A stretch of 62,223 nucleotides of DNA, the filler included. It is 7 parts of 7 records of this genome, joined end to end, with 100 filler letters (N's around TTAATTAATTAA, not from the genome) between each part and the next. Parts side by side here need not be neighbours in the genome. Positions count along the whole stretch, not along the records: positions 35,793 to 47,402 come from SRR20825010_4224; 6 more parts are not named here. One strand, written 5' to 3'. Shown here piece after piece: positions 37,798 through 47,502 of the stretch (position 1 is the stretch's first letter; each line of letters begins with the position of its first letter). Under the pieces are notes generated by a model. It ran no database searches and had not been told where the DNA came from. It worked only from the letters and a program-made list of their open reading frames with translations. The position numbers and the translations under genes were made by a program.

Positions 37798-39459
37798 TCA
37801 AAGGTTATCCGACGCGAAATCAGCCAAGCGCGAACGCTCACCACGCTGCAGCGTAATATGCCCTGCATGCGGCCAGCCCTTGAATCGATCCACCACATAC
37901 GTCAGGCCCGAAGAACCTTCCGTCAAATACGGCGTGTCGATCTGCGCCAGGTTGCCCAAGCAGATTACCTTCGTACCAGGGCCCGCCCGGGTAATCAGGG
38001 TTTTCATTTGCTTGGGCGACAGGTTTTGCGCTTCATCAATAATCAAAAACTTGTTGATGAAGGTGCGACCGCGCATGAAGTTCATCGACTTGATCCGGAT
38101 TTTCGTGCGGATCAAATCAGTGGTGGCGGATCGGCCCCAGTCGCCACTACCAGGGTCCGGTTTGTTCAACACTTCCAGGTTGTCCTCGAAAGCGCCCATC
38201 CAGGGTGCCATTTTTTCTTCTTCGGTACCAGGCAAGAAGCCAATGTCTTCACCCACCGGCACGGTGGCGCGGGTCACAATAATTTCTGAATACTGCTTGC
38301 TTTCCAGAACCTGCGACAAACCTGCAGCCAAGGCCAGCAAAGTTTTACCTGTGCCAGCCTGGCCAAGCAATGTGACGAAATCGCATTCCGGGTTCATCAA
38401 CAAATTCAGCGCAAAGTTCTGTTCGCGGTTGCGTGCAGTAATGCCCCACACGCTGTTTTTGTTGTGGCTGAAATCCCGCAGTGTTTTCAGCACTGCTGTA
38501 CGGCCGCTTACTTCCAGTACCTGTGCAATCAAAGGGATGCCAGTTTCGCAATACACAAACTGGTTAACCATCATGTCTTTTACAGCAGGGCCGCTGATGC
38601 GGTAGAAGGTGCTGCCACCTTGCTGCCAGCTTTCAATGCCTTTGCTGTTCTTCTCCCAGAAATCGGAAGGCAATTCCATGAAGCCTGAATACAGCAAATC
38701 ACGGTCTTCCAGCACCTGGTCGTTGAAGTAGTCTTCGGCCAGCAAGCCCAGGGCACGGGCCTTGATGCGCATGTTGATGTCTTTGGACACCAGTGCCACT
38801 TCCCGGTCGGGGTGGTGTTTGCTGAGTGCAAATACCACGCCCAGAATTTGGTTGTCGGCTTTGCCCACGGGCAGTGTTTTTGGAAGTTCTGCGGTCAGTT
38901 CTGTGGTTTGCACCAGCAGGCGGCCCAAGGCGTCCACGTTGCCCAAGCGGTTCAGTGCCACGCCTTTCTCGATGTCGTCGATGTTTTCCATCAAGGCATC
39001 TAGCGCCCGGCTTACCTGGCGGGCGTGGCGTGCCACTTCCGACATGCCCTTTTTGTGGTCGTCCAGTTCCTCAAGGGTGATAAGCGGCAAGAACACATCG
39101 TGTTCTTCAAAGCGGAATAGCGACGTGGGGTCGTGCATCAACACATTGGTGTCGAGTACGAAGATTTTCTTCCCCGCATGCGTAACCTGTCGCTTCGCTT
39201 TCGCGATGGGCATGCCCGTTGGCTTGCCTGCTTTGCCAGTGCTTGCGCCTGGAATCGACTTGTTCCGGTTTGAATCTGGGGACTTGGCTGTCACCGTGTT
39301 GTCGGTGGCCAAGGTTAGTGCAGCTTTGCCACTGTTGGGCAAGCCGTCAATTCCCTCGGTTTTCTTGGTCGGCTTTCTCGGTTTGGGCGCCGCAATTGGA
39401 GGAATTTCGTTCAGTGTGGTTGCTGGTTTGCTGGGTTCTTTTGGAAGAGGCATTGTCAA
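37798..39459 (-). CDS. PIN-PhoH family protein (PhoH2/YbeZ-related)
   Basis: VLDTNVLMHDP PIN motif, GQAGTGKT Walker A, MRGRT and IIDEAQN. Confidence 0.93.
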   Translation of the reverse strand: MTMPLPKEPSKPATTLNEIPPIAAPKPRKPTKKTEGIDGLPNSGKAALTLATDNTVTAKSPDSNRNKSIPGASTGKAGKPTGMPIAKAKRQVTHAGKKIFVLDTNVLMHDPTSLFRFEEHDVFLPLITLEELDDHKKGMSEVARHARQVSRALDALMENIDDIEKGVALNRLGNVDALGRLLVQTTELTAELPKTLPVGKADNQILGVVFALSKHHPDREVALVSKDINMRIKARALGLLAEDYFNDQVLEDRDLLYSGFMELPSDFWEKNSKGIESWQQGGSTFYRISGPAVKDMMVNQFVYCETGIPLIAQVLEVSGRTAVLKTLRDFSHNKNSVWGITARNREQNFALNLLMNPECDFVTLLGQAGTGKTLLALAAGLSQVLESKQYSEIIVTRATVPVGEDIGFLPGTEEEKMAPWMGAFEDNLEVLNKPDPGSGDWGRSATTDLIRTKIRIKSMNFMRGRTFINKFLIIDEAQNLSPKQMKTLITRAGPGTKVICLGNLAQIDTPYLTEGSSGLTYVVDRFKGWPHAGHITLQRGERSRLADFASDNL

Positions 39460-39520
39460 CGATCTGAAGTAGGAAGCTCATAAATCGCGCAGGGTCGTCA
39501 ATCCTGCGCCCGTGGGGATA

Positions 39521-39991
39521 TTAGTCCCCGATTGTGCGTACAAAGTCAAGCACCGCCTGTGCGTGACCCGGCACCTTCAAGCCGCGCCACTCCTGCACAA
39601 GAAGGCCTTTCTTGTTGATTACAAAGGTACTTCTTTCCACGCCACGTACTTGTTTGCCGTACATGTTTTTCATCTTCATGACGTCGAAAAGCAAACAAAC
39701 TTTTTCATCCGGGTCGGAAATCAGTTCAAACGGCATGTCCAGTTTGGCTTTGAAGTTTTCATGCGACTTCAGGGAATCGCGCGACACGCCAAAAACGACA
39801 CAATCCGCTTTGGCGAATTCGGCGTGTAAATCGCGAAAGTTTTCACCTTCGGTGGTGCAGCCCGGCGTGCTGTCTTTGGGGTAGAAATAAATAACGAGAT
39901 TTTTGCCCGCGTGGGCGGACAGCTCAAAATTTGCTCCGCCTGTGCAAGCTGCTGAAAAATCAGGCACTTTGCTATTGACTTCAAGCGACAC
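39521..39991 (-). CDS. bcp: Peroxiredoxin Bcp
   Basis: YFYPKDSTPGCTTE and RSTFVI motifs. Confidence 0.93.
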   Translation of the reverse strand: MSLEVNSKVPDFSAACTGGANFELSAHAGKNLVIYFYPKDSTPGCTTEGENFRDLHAEFAKADCVVFGVSRDSLKSHENFKAKLDMPFELISDPDEKVCLLFDVMKMKNMYGKQVRGVERSTFVINKKGLLVQEWRGLKVPGHAQAVLDFVRTIGD

Positions 39992-40071
39992 GGTGCTGCT
40001 CCCTGGCGTCTGTGGTTTGAATTTTCAAGATCAGTATAACCACAGCTTTCGACGCCAAAATGGATGCGCTG

Positions 40072-40443
40072 TCAGGAACGTGCCAAAAGCGCCACACCCA
40101 GTACGATCACGCCAATGGCCACCCAGCGTTGCAGGCTGACCGGTTCATTGAGGAAGTATTGTGCGGCAAAGGCGTTAATCACATAGCCAATGGCCAGCAT
40201 CGGGTAGGCAAGGGTAACGTCGACCCGTGAAAGGGCCATGAGCCAGATCAGCAGTGAAAACCCGTAGCAGAACAGGCCAAGGATCATCGGCCATTGTAAA
40301 AACAGGGCTGACATGGCGCCCAGGCTAAGCGCACTGGATGCCTCGATCACCCCCACCTTGTTGGTGGCCATTTTCAGGAAAAACTGGGCCAGCGCATTCA
40401 ACACCACGCCGGAAAGTACAAGCATTGCGGCGTAAGTGGTCAT
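40072..40443 (-). CDS. SMR/EamA-like small transporter (ArnE/F-like)
   Basis: Four TM helices and LSRVDVTLAYP motif. Confidence 0.82.
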   Translation of the reverse strand: MTTYAAMLVLSGVVLNALAQFFLKMATNKVGVIEASSALSLGAMSALFLQWPMILGLFCYGFSLLIWLMALSRVDVTLAYPMLAIGYVINAFAAQYFLNEPVSLQRWVAIGVIVLGVALLARS

Positions 40444-40817
40444 AGCAAAATCGCGGCAATTACGTGCCGGCCTTCCCCGATCAAAATATTGTAGGTGCGG
40501 CAGGCTGCCTGGCTGTCCATGTATTCCACCGGGCAGCGCTTGTTGGCAAAAAACTTGCGGATGTCCATGCCGGGAAACACTTGTTTTGCGCCGGTGCCAA
40601 TCAGCAACACTTCCATGCTTTCAGGGCACTGGCTGTAAAGCCACTCGCAATGCGCCAGCGTCAAGGGGCCAGAACCCGCATTTTCCCAAATTCTGGGGGT
40701 GAAATCGGTGCCAAACACCACACTTTCCGTTTGAAGCCTGCCGCTGATCACGACACCTTCTTCGTCATACCGCTGAACGACGAATTGATTGTCGAGCGAT
40801 TCAGGTTGAAATTTCAT
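40440..40817 (-). CDS. Mth938-like domain protein
   Basis: LLIGTG and MDSQAACRTYNILIGEGR motifs. Confidence 0.9.
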   Translation of the reverse strand: MKFQPESLDNQFVVQRYDEEGVVISGRLQTESVVFGTDFTPRIWENAGSGPLTLAHCEWLYSQCPESMEVLLIGTGAKQVFPGMDIRKFFANKRCPVEYMDSQAACRTYNILIGEGRHVIAAILL

Positions 40818-40946
40818 TCGAAAGATGCTCCAGGATGGGGCCAAAGCCTAGCAGGCACTGGCCTAAACGGTTAAATTATAAGACTTTGCGCAAGCAAAAG
40901 AATAAGCACCTTAAATATCACCTCAACAATCCACTCACAGGTCGAC

Positions 40947-42173
40947 ATGAAACCCATCCTTAAATCTGCCAAGCTGGCCAATGTTTGCTATGACATCCGC
41001 GGGCCCGTGATGCAGCGAGCGCGGCAGCTGGAGGAGGAAGGGCATCGAATCCTGAAGCTGAACATCGGCAATCTGGCCCCATTTGGGTTCGAGGCACCCG
41101 ATGAAGTGCGGCAAGACGTGATCATGAACCTGGGCGATGCCTCGGGTTACAGCGACAGCAAGGGTTTGTTTGCAGCGCGCAAGTCCATCATGCACTACAC
41201 CCAGCAAAAGAAAATCAAGGGTGTAACACTCGACGACATCATTATAGGCAATGGTGTTTCTGAACTGATCGTGATGAGCATGCAAGGCCTGTTGAACAAC
41301 GGCGATGAAGTGCTGGTGCCTGCGCCCGATTACCCACTGTGGACCGCTGCTGTAAGCATCTCCGGCGGTACGCCGCGCCATTACCTGTGTGATGAGCAAA
41401 GCGACTGGTACCCAGATACCAAGCACTTGCGCAGCCTGATCAACGAGAAAACCAAAGCCCTGGTGATCATCAACCCCAACAACCCCACGGGTGCCCTGTA
41501 CCCCGAAGAAGTGTTGCTGGAGATGGTGCAAATTGCCCGTGAACACCACCTGATCATTTTTGCGGACGAAATTTACGACAAGATGCTGTACGACGGTGCC
41601 GAGCACACATCGATTGCCTCCCTGGCCGATGACGTGTTGTTCATCACCATGAACGGTCTGTCGAAAAACTACCGCGCCTGCGGCTACCGTGCGGGCTGGA
41701 TGGTTATTTCTGGCGACAAGCGCCACGCCACCGATTACATCGACGGCCTTGGTATCATGGCGTCCATGCGGCTGTGCGCCAATGTGCCCGGGCAGTACGC
41801 CATTCAAACCTCGCTGGGTGGTTACCAAAGTATCAACGACCTGGTGGGGCCCGGTGGGCGCTTAACACGCCAGCGCGACTTGGCCTACGACCTGATGACG
41901 TCCATTCCCGGCGTTACCTGCGTGAAGCCTAAGGCGGCGCTGTACCTGTTCCCGCGCCTTGACCCCAAGATTTACCCCATCAAGAACGACCAGCGCTTTG
42001 TGTTGGAGTTGCTGGAGGCTGAAAAGGTGCTGGTGGTGCAGGGTACCGGCTTTAATTGGATCAATCCGGATCATTTCCGGGTGGTTTTCCTACCCAACAC
42101 CGATGATTTGACGGACGCAGTTGGTAGAATTGCACGCTTCCTGGAAAGTTATCGAAAACAACACCTTGGCTGA
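40947..42173 (+). CDS. alaA: PLP-dependent alanine aminotransferase
   Basis: CYDIRGPV, INPNNPTG, DEIYDK and LSKNYRACGYRAGW motifs. Confidence 0.92.
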   Translation: MKPILKSAKLANVCYDIRGPVMQRARQLEEEGHRILKLNIGNLAPFGFEAPDEVRQDVIMNLGDASGYSDSKGLFAARKSIMHYTQQKKIKGVTLDDIIIGNGVSELIVMSMQGLLNNGDEVLVPAPDYPLWTAAVSISGGTPRHYLCDEQSDWYPDTKHLRSLINEKTKALVIINPNNPTGALYPEEVLLEMVQIAREHHLIIFADEIYDKMLYDGAEHTSIASLADDVLFITMNGLSKNYRACGYRAGWMVISGDKRHATDYIDGLGIMASMRLCANVPGQYAIQTSLGGYQSINDLVGPGGRLTRQRDLAYDLMTSIPGVTCVKPKAALYLFPRLDPKIYPIKNDQRFVLELLEAEKVLVVQGTGFNWINPDHFRVVFLPNTDDLTDAVGRIARFLESYRKQHLG

Positions 42174-42180
42174 TTTAAAA

Positions 42181-43494
42181 ATGAATAAACCTCTTCGAGT
42201 GGCCCTGCTGGGTTTGGGTACCGTCGGTTCCGGCACCTTCAACGTGCTGAAAGACAATGCGAGCGAAATTGAGCGCCGTGTGGGTTTTCCCATCGAAATC
42301 AAGATAATCGCCGACCTGAACACCGACAAAGCCCGCGAACTGGCTGGCCCCGGCGTTGAAGTGCTTGGCGATGCATTCGAAGCGGTAAAGCGCGACGACA
42401 TCGATGTGGTGGTTGAACTGATTGGTGGCTACACCATTGCCAAACAACTGGTGTTGGCGGCAATCAACGCCGGCAAGCATGTGGTAACCGCCAACAAGGC
42501 GCTATTGGCCGTGCATGGCGATGAAATTTTTGCTGCTGCTGAAGCCAAACATGTGATGGTGGCCTTCGAGGCCGCAGTGGCTGGCGGTATTCCCGTGATC
42601 AAGGCGATCAAGGAAGGTTTGGCTGCCAATAAAATTGAATACGTGGCTGGCATTATCAATGGCACGTGCAACTTCATTTTGTCGGAAATGCGCGACAAGG
42701 GTTTGCCTTTCGCCGATGTGTTGGCCCAGGCACAAGCCTTTGGTTACGCCGAAGCGGATCCCACTTTCGACATCGAGGGTGTAGACGCAGCCCACAAAAT
42801 CAGCTTGCTGAGTTCAATTGCCTTTGGTGTGCCGGTTCAGTTTGAAAAAGCCTATATTGAAGGCATCACCAAACTGACCAAGGAAGACATTCAGTTTGCC
42901 GAACAGCTGGGTTACCGCGTGAAATTGCTGGGTATTGCCAAGCGCACAGACCACGGTGTGGAACTGCGCGTACACCCCACATTGATTCCGGGCAAACGCC
43001 TGATCGCCAATGTGGAAGGGGTGATGAACGCCGTGCTGGTAAAAGCCAATGCGGTTGGCCCCACCTTGTACTATGGTGCTGGTGCCGGTAGCCTGCCCAC
43101 TGCATCTGCAGTAGTAGCTGACCTGATTGAAATTGCGCGTGCAAGCCAGGCCCCCCTGGCCAGTCGCGTGCCGGTTCTGGCATTCCAGAAAGAAGGCATT
43201 CAGAATCTGGATGTGTTGCCCATGGACAAAGTGGTCACTGCATTTTATTTGCGCTTGGCAGTGGACGACAAGCCCGGCGTACTGGCTGAAGTTACCCGCT
43301 TGCTGGCGGACAACCAAATTTCAATTGAAGCCATGATTCAACGCCAGGCCACCAGTGAAAAACAAACCGCTGAAATTGTGTTGTTGACGCACCGTTGTGT
43401 AGAAGGCGATGTAAACAAGGCGATCGCCAGCATTGAAGCGCTGGATAGCGTGCATGGTCACTTGACCCGCATTCGTGTAGAGGACTTGAGCTGA
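42181..43494 (+). CDS. hom: Homoserine dehydrogenase with ACT domain
   Basis: GLGTVG, VVTANK, FEAAVAGGIP, AEADPTFD and DKPGVL motifs. Confidence 0.96.
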   Translation: MNKPLRVALLGLGTVGSGTFNVLKDNASEIERRVGFPIEIKIIADLNTDKARELAGPGVEVLGDAFEAVKRDDIDVVVELIGGYTIAKQLVLAAINAGKHVVTANKALLAVHGDEIFAAAEAKHVMVAFEAAVAGGIPVIKAIKEGLAANKIEYVAGIINGTCNFILSEMRDKGLPFADVLAQAQAFGYAEADPTFDIEGVDAAHKISLLSSIAFGVPVQFEKAYIEGITKLTKEDIQFAEQLGYRVKLLGIAKRTDHGVELRVHPTLIPGKRLIANVEGVMNAVLVKANAVGPTLYYGAGAGSLPTASAVVADLIEIARASQAPLASRVPVLAFQKEGIQNLDVLPMDKVVTAFYLRLAVDDKPGVLAEVTRLLADNQISIEAMIQRQATSEKQTAEIVLLTHRCVEGDVNKAIASIEALDSVHGHLTRIRVEDLS

Positions 43495-43495
43495 A

Positions 43496-44911
43496 ATGAA
43501 ATACTTCAGCAGCCGTGGGGGAATGGACCCCCAAGATTTTTCTGAAATTTTGCTGGAAGGTTTGGCGCCCGATGGTGGCCTTGCCGTGCCCGAGTTTTAT
43601 CCCCAAGTGGCCCTGCATGTGCTGGAAAGCTGGAAAAGCTTAAGCTATGGCGAATTGGCATTTGAAGTGCTGCGCCCTTATGCCACCGACATTCCTGAAG
43701 CTGACCTGAAAGCGCTAACAACGAGAACCTACACCAAGGCCGTGTACGGTACAGAAGAAATTACCCCGCTGCGTGAGCTGTTCGACGGCATCAAGGTGCT
43801 TGAACTTTCCAATGGCCCCACGCTGGCTTTCAAAGACATGGCCATGCAATTGCTGGGCAATTTATTCGAATACCAGCTTGCACGCACCAACCGGGAACTC
43901 AATATTTTGGGTGCCACCAGTGGCGACACAGGTTCGGCAGCCGAATACGCCATGCGTGGCAAAAAGGGCGTGCGCGTATTCATGTTGAGCCCCTTGGGCA
44001 AAATGAGCGCATTCCAGCGTGCCCAAATGTACAGCCTGCAAGACCCGAATATTTTCAACATCGCAGTTGAGGGTTTGTTCGACGATTGCCAAGACATCGT
44101 AAAAGCGGTCAGCGAAGACTTGCCGTTTAAAAACCGTCAGAAAATCGGCACAGTCAATTCCATCAACTGGGGCCGCATTTCCGCACAGGTGGTGTACTAC
44201 TTCAATGCCTACCTGCGCACGGCGGAAAAGATCGGTGACCCGGTCAGCTTTGCGGTGCCTTCAGGCAACTTTGGAAATGTTTTGGCCGGGCACATTGCAC
44301 GCCAAATGGGTTTGCCAATCCGCAAGCTGATTGTTGCAACCAATGAAAACAATGTGCTGGATGAGTTTTTTAAAACCGGTGTGTACCGCCCTCGCACTTC
44401 GAAGGAAACATACATCACGTCCAGCCCATCGATGGACATTTCCAAGGCGTCGAATTTCGAGCGCTTTGTGTATGACCTGCTCGGCCGAGACCCCAAGGCA
44501 CTGAAGGCCTTGTGGCAAGATTTGGCCAAAAACGGTCACTTTGACTTGTCCCATGATTCACGCTTCAAGCACATTGAATCAGACTTCGGCTTTCAGTCCG
44601 GCTCGTCAAGCCACCAGAATCGCCTGGACACCATCAAGGAAGTGTATGCCCGCACTGGCACGTTGATTGACACCCACACCGCCGATGCAGTGAAAGTGGC
44701 TCGTGAACTTGTTGAGCCAGGCGTGCCCATGGTGGTGCTGGAAACAGCGCTGGCTGTGAAATTTGCGGAAACCATTGAAGAAGCTACGGGGCAAAAACCG
44801 CCCGTGCCCAAGGTTTTTGAAGGCATTGAAAAACTACCGCAACGTGTGGTGGAAATGCCGGTTTCCGTTGAGCAGGTGAAAGCCTTCATTGCAGAAAATA
44901 CCGGTCTGTAA
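43496..44911 (+). CDS. thrC: Threonine synthase
   Basis: GPTLAFKD, ATSGDTG, NSINWGR and PSGNFGN motifs. Confidence 0.96.
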   Translation: MKYFSSRGGMDPQDFSEILLEGLAPDGGLAVPEFYPQVALHVLESWKSLSYGELAFEVLRPYATDIPEADLKALTTRTYTKAVYGTEEITPLRELFDGIKVLELSNGPTLAFKDMAMQLLGNLFEYQLARTNRELNILGATSGDTGSAAEYAMRGKKGVRVFMLSPLGKMSAFQRAQMYSLQDPNIFNIAVEGLFDDCQDIVKAVSEDLPFKNRQKIGTVNSINWGRISAQVVYYFNAYLRTAEKIGDPVSFAVPSGNFGNVLAGHIARQMGLPIRKLIVATNENNVLDEFFKTGVYRPRTSKETYITSSPSMDISKASNFERFVYDLLGRDPKALKALWQDLAKNGHFDLSHDSRFKHIESDFGFQSGSSSHQNRLDTIKEVYARTGTLIDTHTADAVKVARELVEPGVPMVVLETALAVKFAETIEEATGQKPPVPKVFEGIEKLPQRVVEMPVSVEQVKAFIAENTGL

Positions 44912-45008
44912 TCGTTTGCCTGCAAGTAATAGGGTTTACCTAACTTGCAGCTCCAAACGGAATCATGAACAATAGCAAGGTTGAAAAACACCGCTTGAAG
45001 CCATCGTT

Positions 45009-46421
45009 TTGACCTCGCCATCCGACATTGTTGATTCTCCCGAAGTAGCACCCGGCCAAGGCATTGATGCCCAGCCCAGAAAGGGCTTGTCCGCACTGGC
45101 TGTGGATGACGAACCCGGCATGCGCCATTTTCTCGAGAAAGCGCTCGAAACCCGTTTTGCGCGGGTGGATACAGCGGGGTCCGTGGAAATGGCTCAAGCC
45201 CTGTTTGAGAACCACGATTACAGCACGATTGTGCTGGATGTCAGTTTGCCCGGTAAAAGTGGCCTTGCCTGGCTCAATGAATTGCGCCAAGGCAGTTACG
45301 AGGGCGATGTGATCCTGATCACCGGTTATGCCGACATGGACACTGCAATAGGCGCACTGCGTGCCGGTGCACAAGACTTCCTGCAAAAACCCTTTCGAAT
45401 TGACCAGCTTTGGTACGCACTGGACCGTGCTGCCGATCAAAACCGCTTGAAGCGCGAAAACTTTGTGTTAAAGCGTGCCGTGTCCAGTCTTCAACAAAAC
45501 GAGCAAGTGATGGTGGGCGAAAGCCCGATTGTTCGCCAATTGCGCAGGCTGGTGGCCAAGGTTGCACCCACCGATTCAACCGTGTTGCTCACCGGTGAAT
45601 CCGGTTCAGGCAAGGAGGTACTGGCCCGCACCTTGCACGGCATGAGCCTTCGAAGCGAAAGGCCCTTTGTGCCCATTAACTGCGGCGCGATTTCGCCCGA
45701 ATTGATTGAAAGCGAATTGTTTGGTCACGCCAAAGGTGCCTTCACGGGTGCCACTGAATCGCATCAAGGCCTGTTTTACTATGCGCAGGGCGGCACACTG
45801 TTTCTCGACGAAATTGGTGAACTACCACTGAGCATGCAAACCAAGTTGTTGCGTGTTCTGGAAGATCGCCGGATCCGGCCCGTGGGCAGCACCAAAGAAC
45901 TGGATGTGGACGTGCGCATTGTTGCGGCCACCAACGTAAACCTAGAAGTGGAAGTGAAACGCGGGCGCTTTCGCCAAGACCTGTATTACCGCTTGCAGGT
46001 GATGCCGATTGAAATGCCGCCGCTGCGTTCACGCCCCGACGACATCGATTTGCTGGCCAATTATTTCATCAAGGTGTTTGCCAAAAAACTGCGCATTGAC
46101 CCTTTGAAAATAAGTCAGGAAATGCAGGCCCGTTTGCAGGCCTACGAATGGCCGGGCAATGTGCGCGAATTGCGAAATTTTATCGAACGCTCCCTGATTC
46201 TGGGTTATTTCCCCAAAGAAGACCTTCCCTTGAATCTTGATCTGGACGAGCGCACCGCTGTTGAAGAAGACTTGCAAAATGAATCGCTGGAGCAGGTTGA
46301 AAAAGCCCACATCCTTCGCGTGTTGAATGCGTGCAGCGGTAATAAGTCCGAAGCTGCTCGCCGTTTGGGTGTGTCCCGAAAAACACTTGAAAGAAAGTGC
46401 ATGGCGTGGAGCCAAGAATAG
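45009..46421 (+). CDS. Sigma54-dependent response regulator (REC-AAA+-Fis HTH)
   Basis: VDDE receiver, GESGSGKE, GAFTGA, WPGNVREL and C-terminal HTH. Confidence 0.93.
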   Translation: MTSPSDIVDSPEVAPGQGIDAQPRKGLSALAVDDEPGMRHFLEKALETRFARVDTAGSVEMAQALFENHDYSTIVLDVSLPGKSGLAWLNELRQGSYEGDVILITGYADMDTAIGALRAGAQDFLQKPFRIDQLWYALDRAADQNRLKRENFVLKRAVSSLQQNEQVMVGESPIVRQLRRLVAKVAPTDSTVLLTGESGSGKEVLARTLHGMSLRSERPFVPINCGAISPELIESELFGHAKGAFTGATESHQGLFYYAQGGTLFLDEIGELPLSMQTKLLRVLEDRRIRPVGSTKELDVDVRIVAATNVNLEVEVKRGRFRQDLYYRLQVMPIEMPPLRSRPDDIDLLANYFIKVFAKKLRIDPLKISQEMQARLQAYEWPGNVRELRNFIERSLILGYFPKEDLPLNLDLDERTAVEEDLQNESLEQVEKAHILRVLNACSGNKSEAARRLGVSRKTLERKCMAWSQE

Positions 46422-47402
46422 GTCAGCGGCCATTTCCGCCACGCGGGCATTTTTGGCCCAGCCACTGGACTGTCAAAACCAAGCTGGTGGTGACGGCCTG
46501 TATTCCATTGCTGGTGCTTATCCCCGTCGTGGCCATGCTGGTGTGGTCCGCTGGTCAGGCGGCTTACACAAAAATTTTGATCTCCAAGGTGCGAAGTGAC
46601 CTGGTGCTTGCCCAGCAGGAATTCACCGACGTACAGGAAAAAAAATACGACACGCTTAAAGCCTGGTCTGAAAGTGCATACCTTCGAAACTTGTTGCAAC
46701 GCCAGGGCGGCAAGCTGACCAACAAAGACCTTCGGACGCAGGCAGAGAAATTGGGGTTTGCCTACCTTCGCCTGATCAGCCCGACGGGAATGGTCGTTAA
46801 TTCTTACCCAGCGCGTTTGCCGTATATGTTGGGTGCCCAAATTCAAAAATCAGTCAAATTTCGGGAGTCGGGTAGCTATACCGTGTTGCTGTCGAATGCC
46901 GAGTTGAATGACATTTCACCAGAACTGGCTTCCCGTGCCGTGCAGGCAATTTTGCCGACATGGAATGCAAGCCCCTCGTCAAAAAGCGCCGAGGACCGTG
47001 GGCTTGTGGTTCAGGTACTTCAGCCCCTGTTCAGCGATGGCAACATGCTGGGTTATCTGGAAGGCGGCTTGTTGCTCAATGGAAACCTTGAGCTGGTGGA
47101 TAAAATCAATGACCTGATTTATTCACCCAACACCTTGCTTGAAGGGTCGATCGGCACGACCACCATTTTTCTGGAAGATGTACGTGTGGCCACCACGGTT
47201 CGGCGGGACGGTGAATCCCGTGCCTTGGGTACCCGGGTTTCCGATGTGGTTCGTCAAAGTGTATTGGGCCGGGGCGAGGTATGGCTTGAACGGGCTTTTG
47301 TAGTAAACGATTGGTATGTGGCAGCCTACGCCCCCTTGCTAAGCCCCGAGGGCGCGCGAATCGGCATGTTCTACGTGGGGTTTCTGGAAGCGCCTTATGC
47401 CA
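46397..47402 (+). CDS. Cache-domain membrane sensor, probably a histidine kinase (3' truncated)
   Basis: TM, periplasmic domain with RVATTV...RALGT and YVAAYAPL; follows the response regulator. Confidence 0.8.
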
Positions 47403-47502
47403 NNNNNNNNNNNNNNNNNNNNNNNNNNNNNNNNNNNNNNNNNNNNTTAATTAATTAANNNNNNNNNNNNNNNNNNNNNNNNNNNNNNNNNNNNNNNNNN
47501 NN
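47403..47502. other. Artificial contig linker
   Basis: N44-TTAATTAATTAA-N44. Confidence 0.98.

Noticed and set aside
37481-38605. 374-aa plus-strand ORF overlapping the PIN-PhoH gene
   Set aside because: Mostly antisense to a well-supported gene and has an implausible composition.
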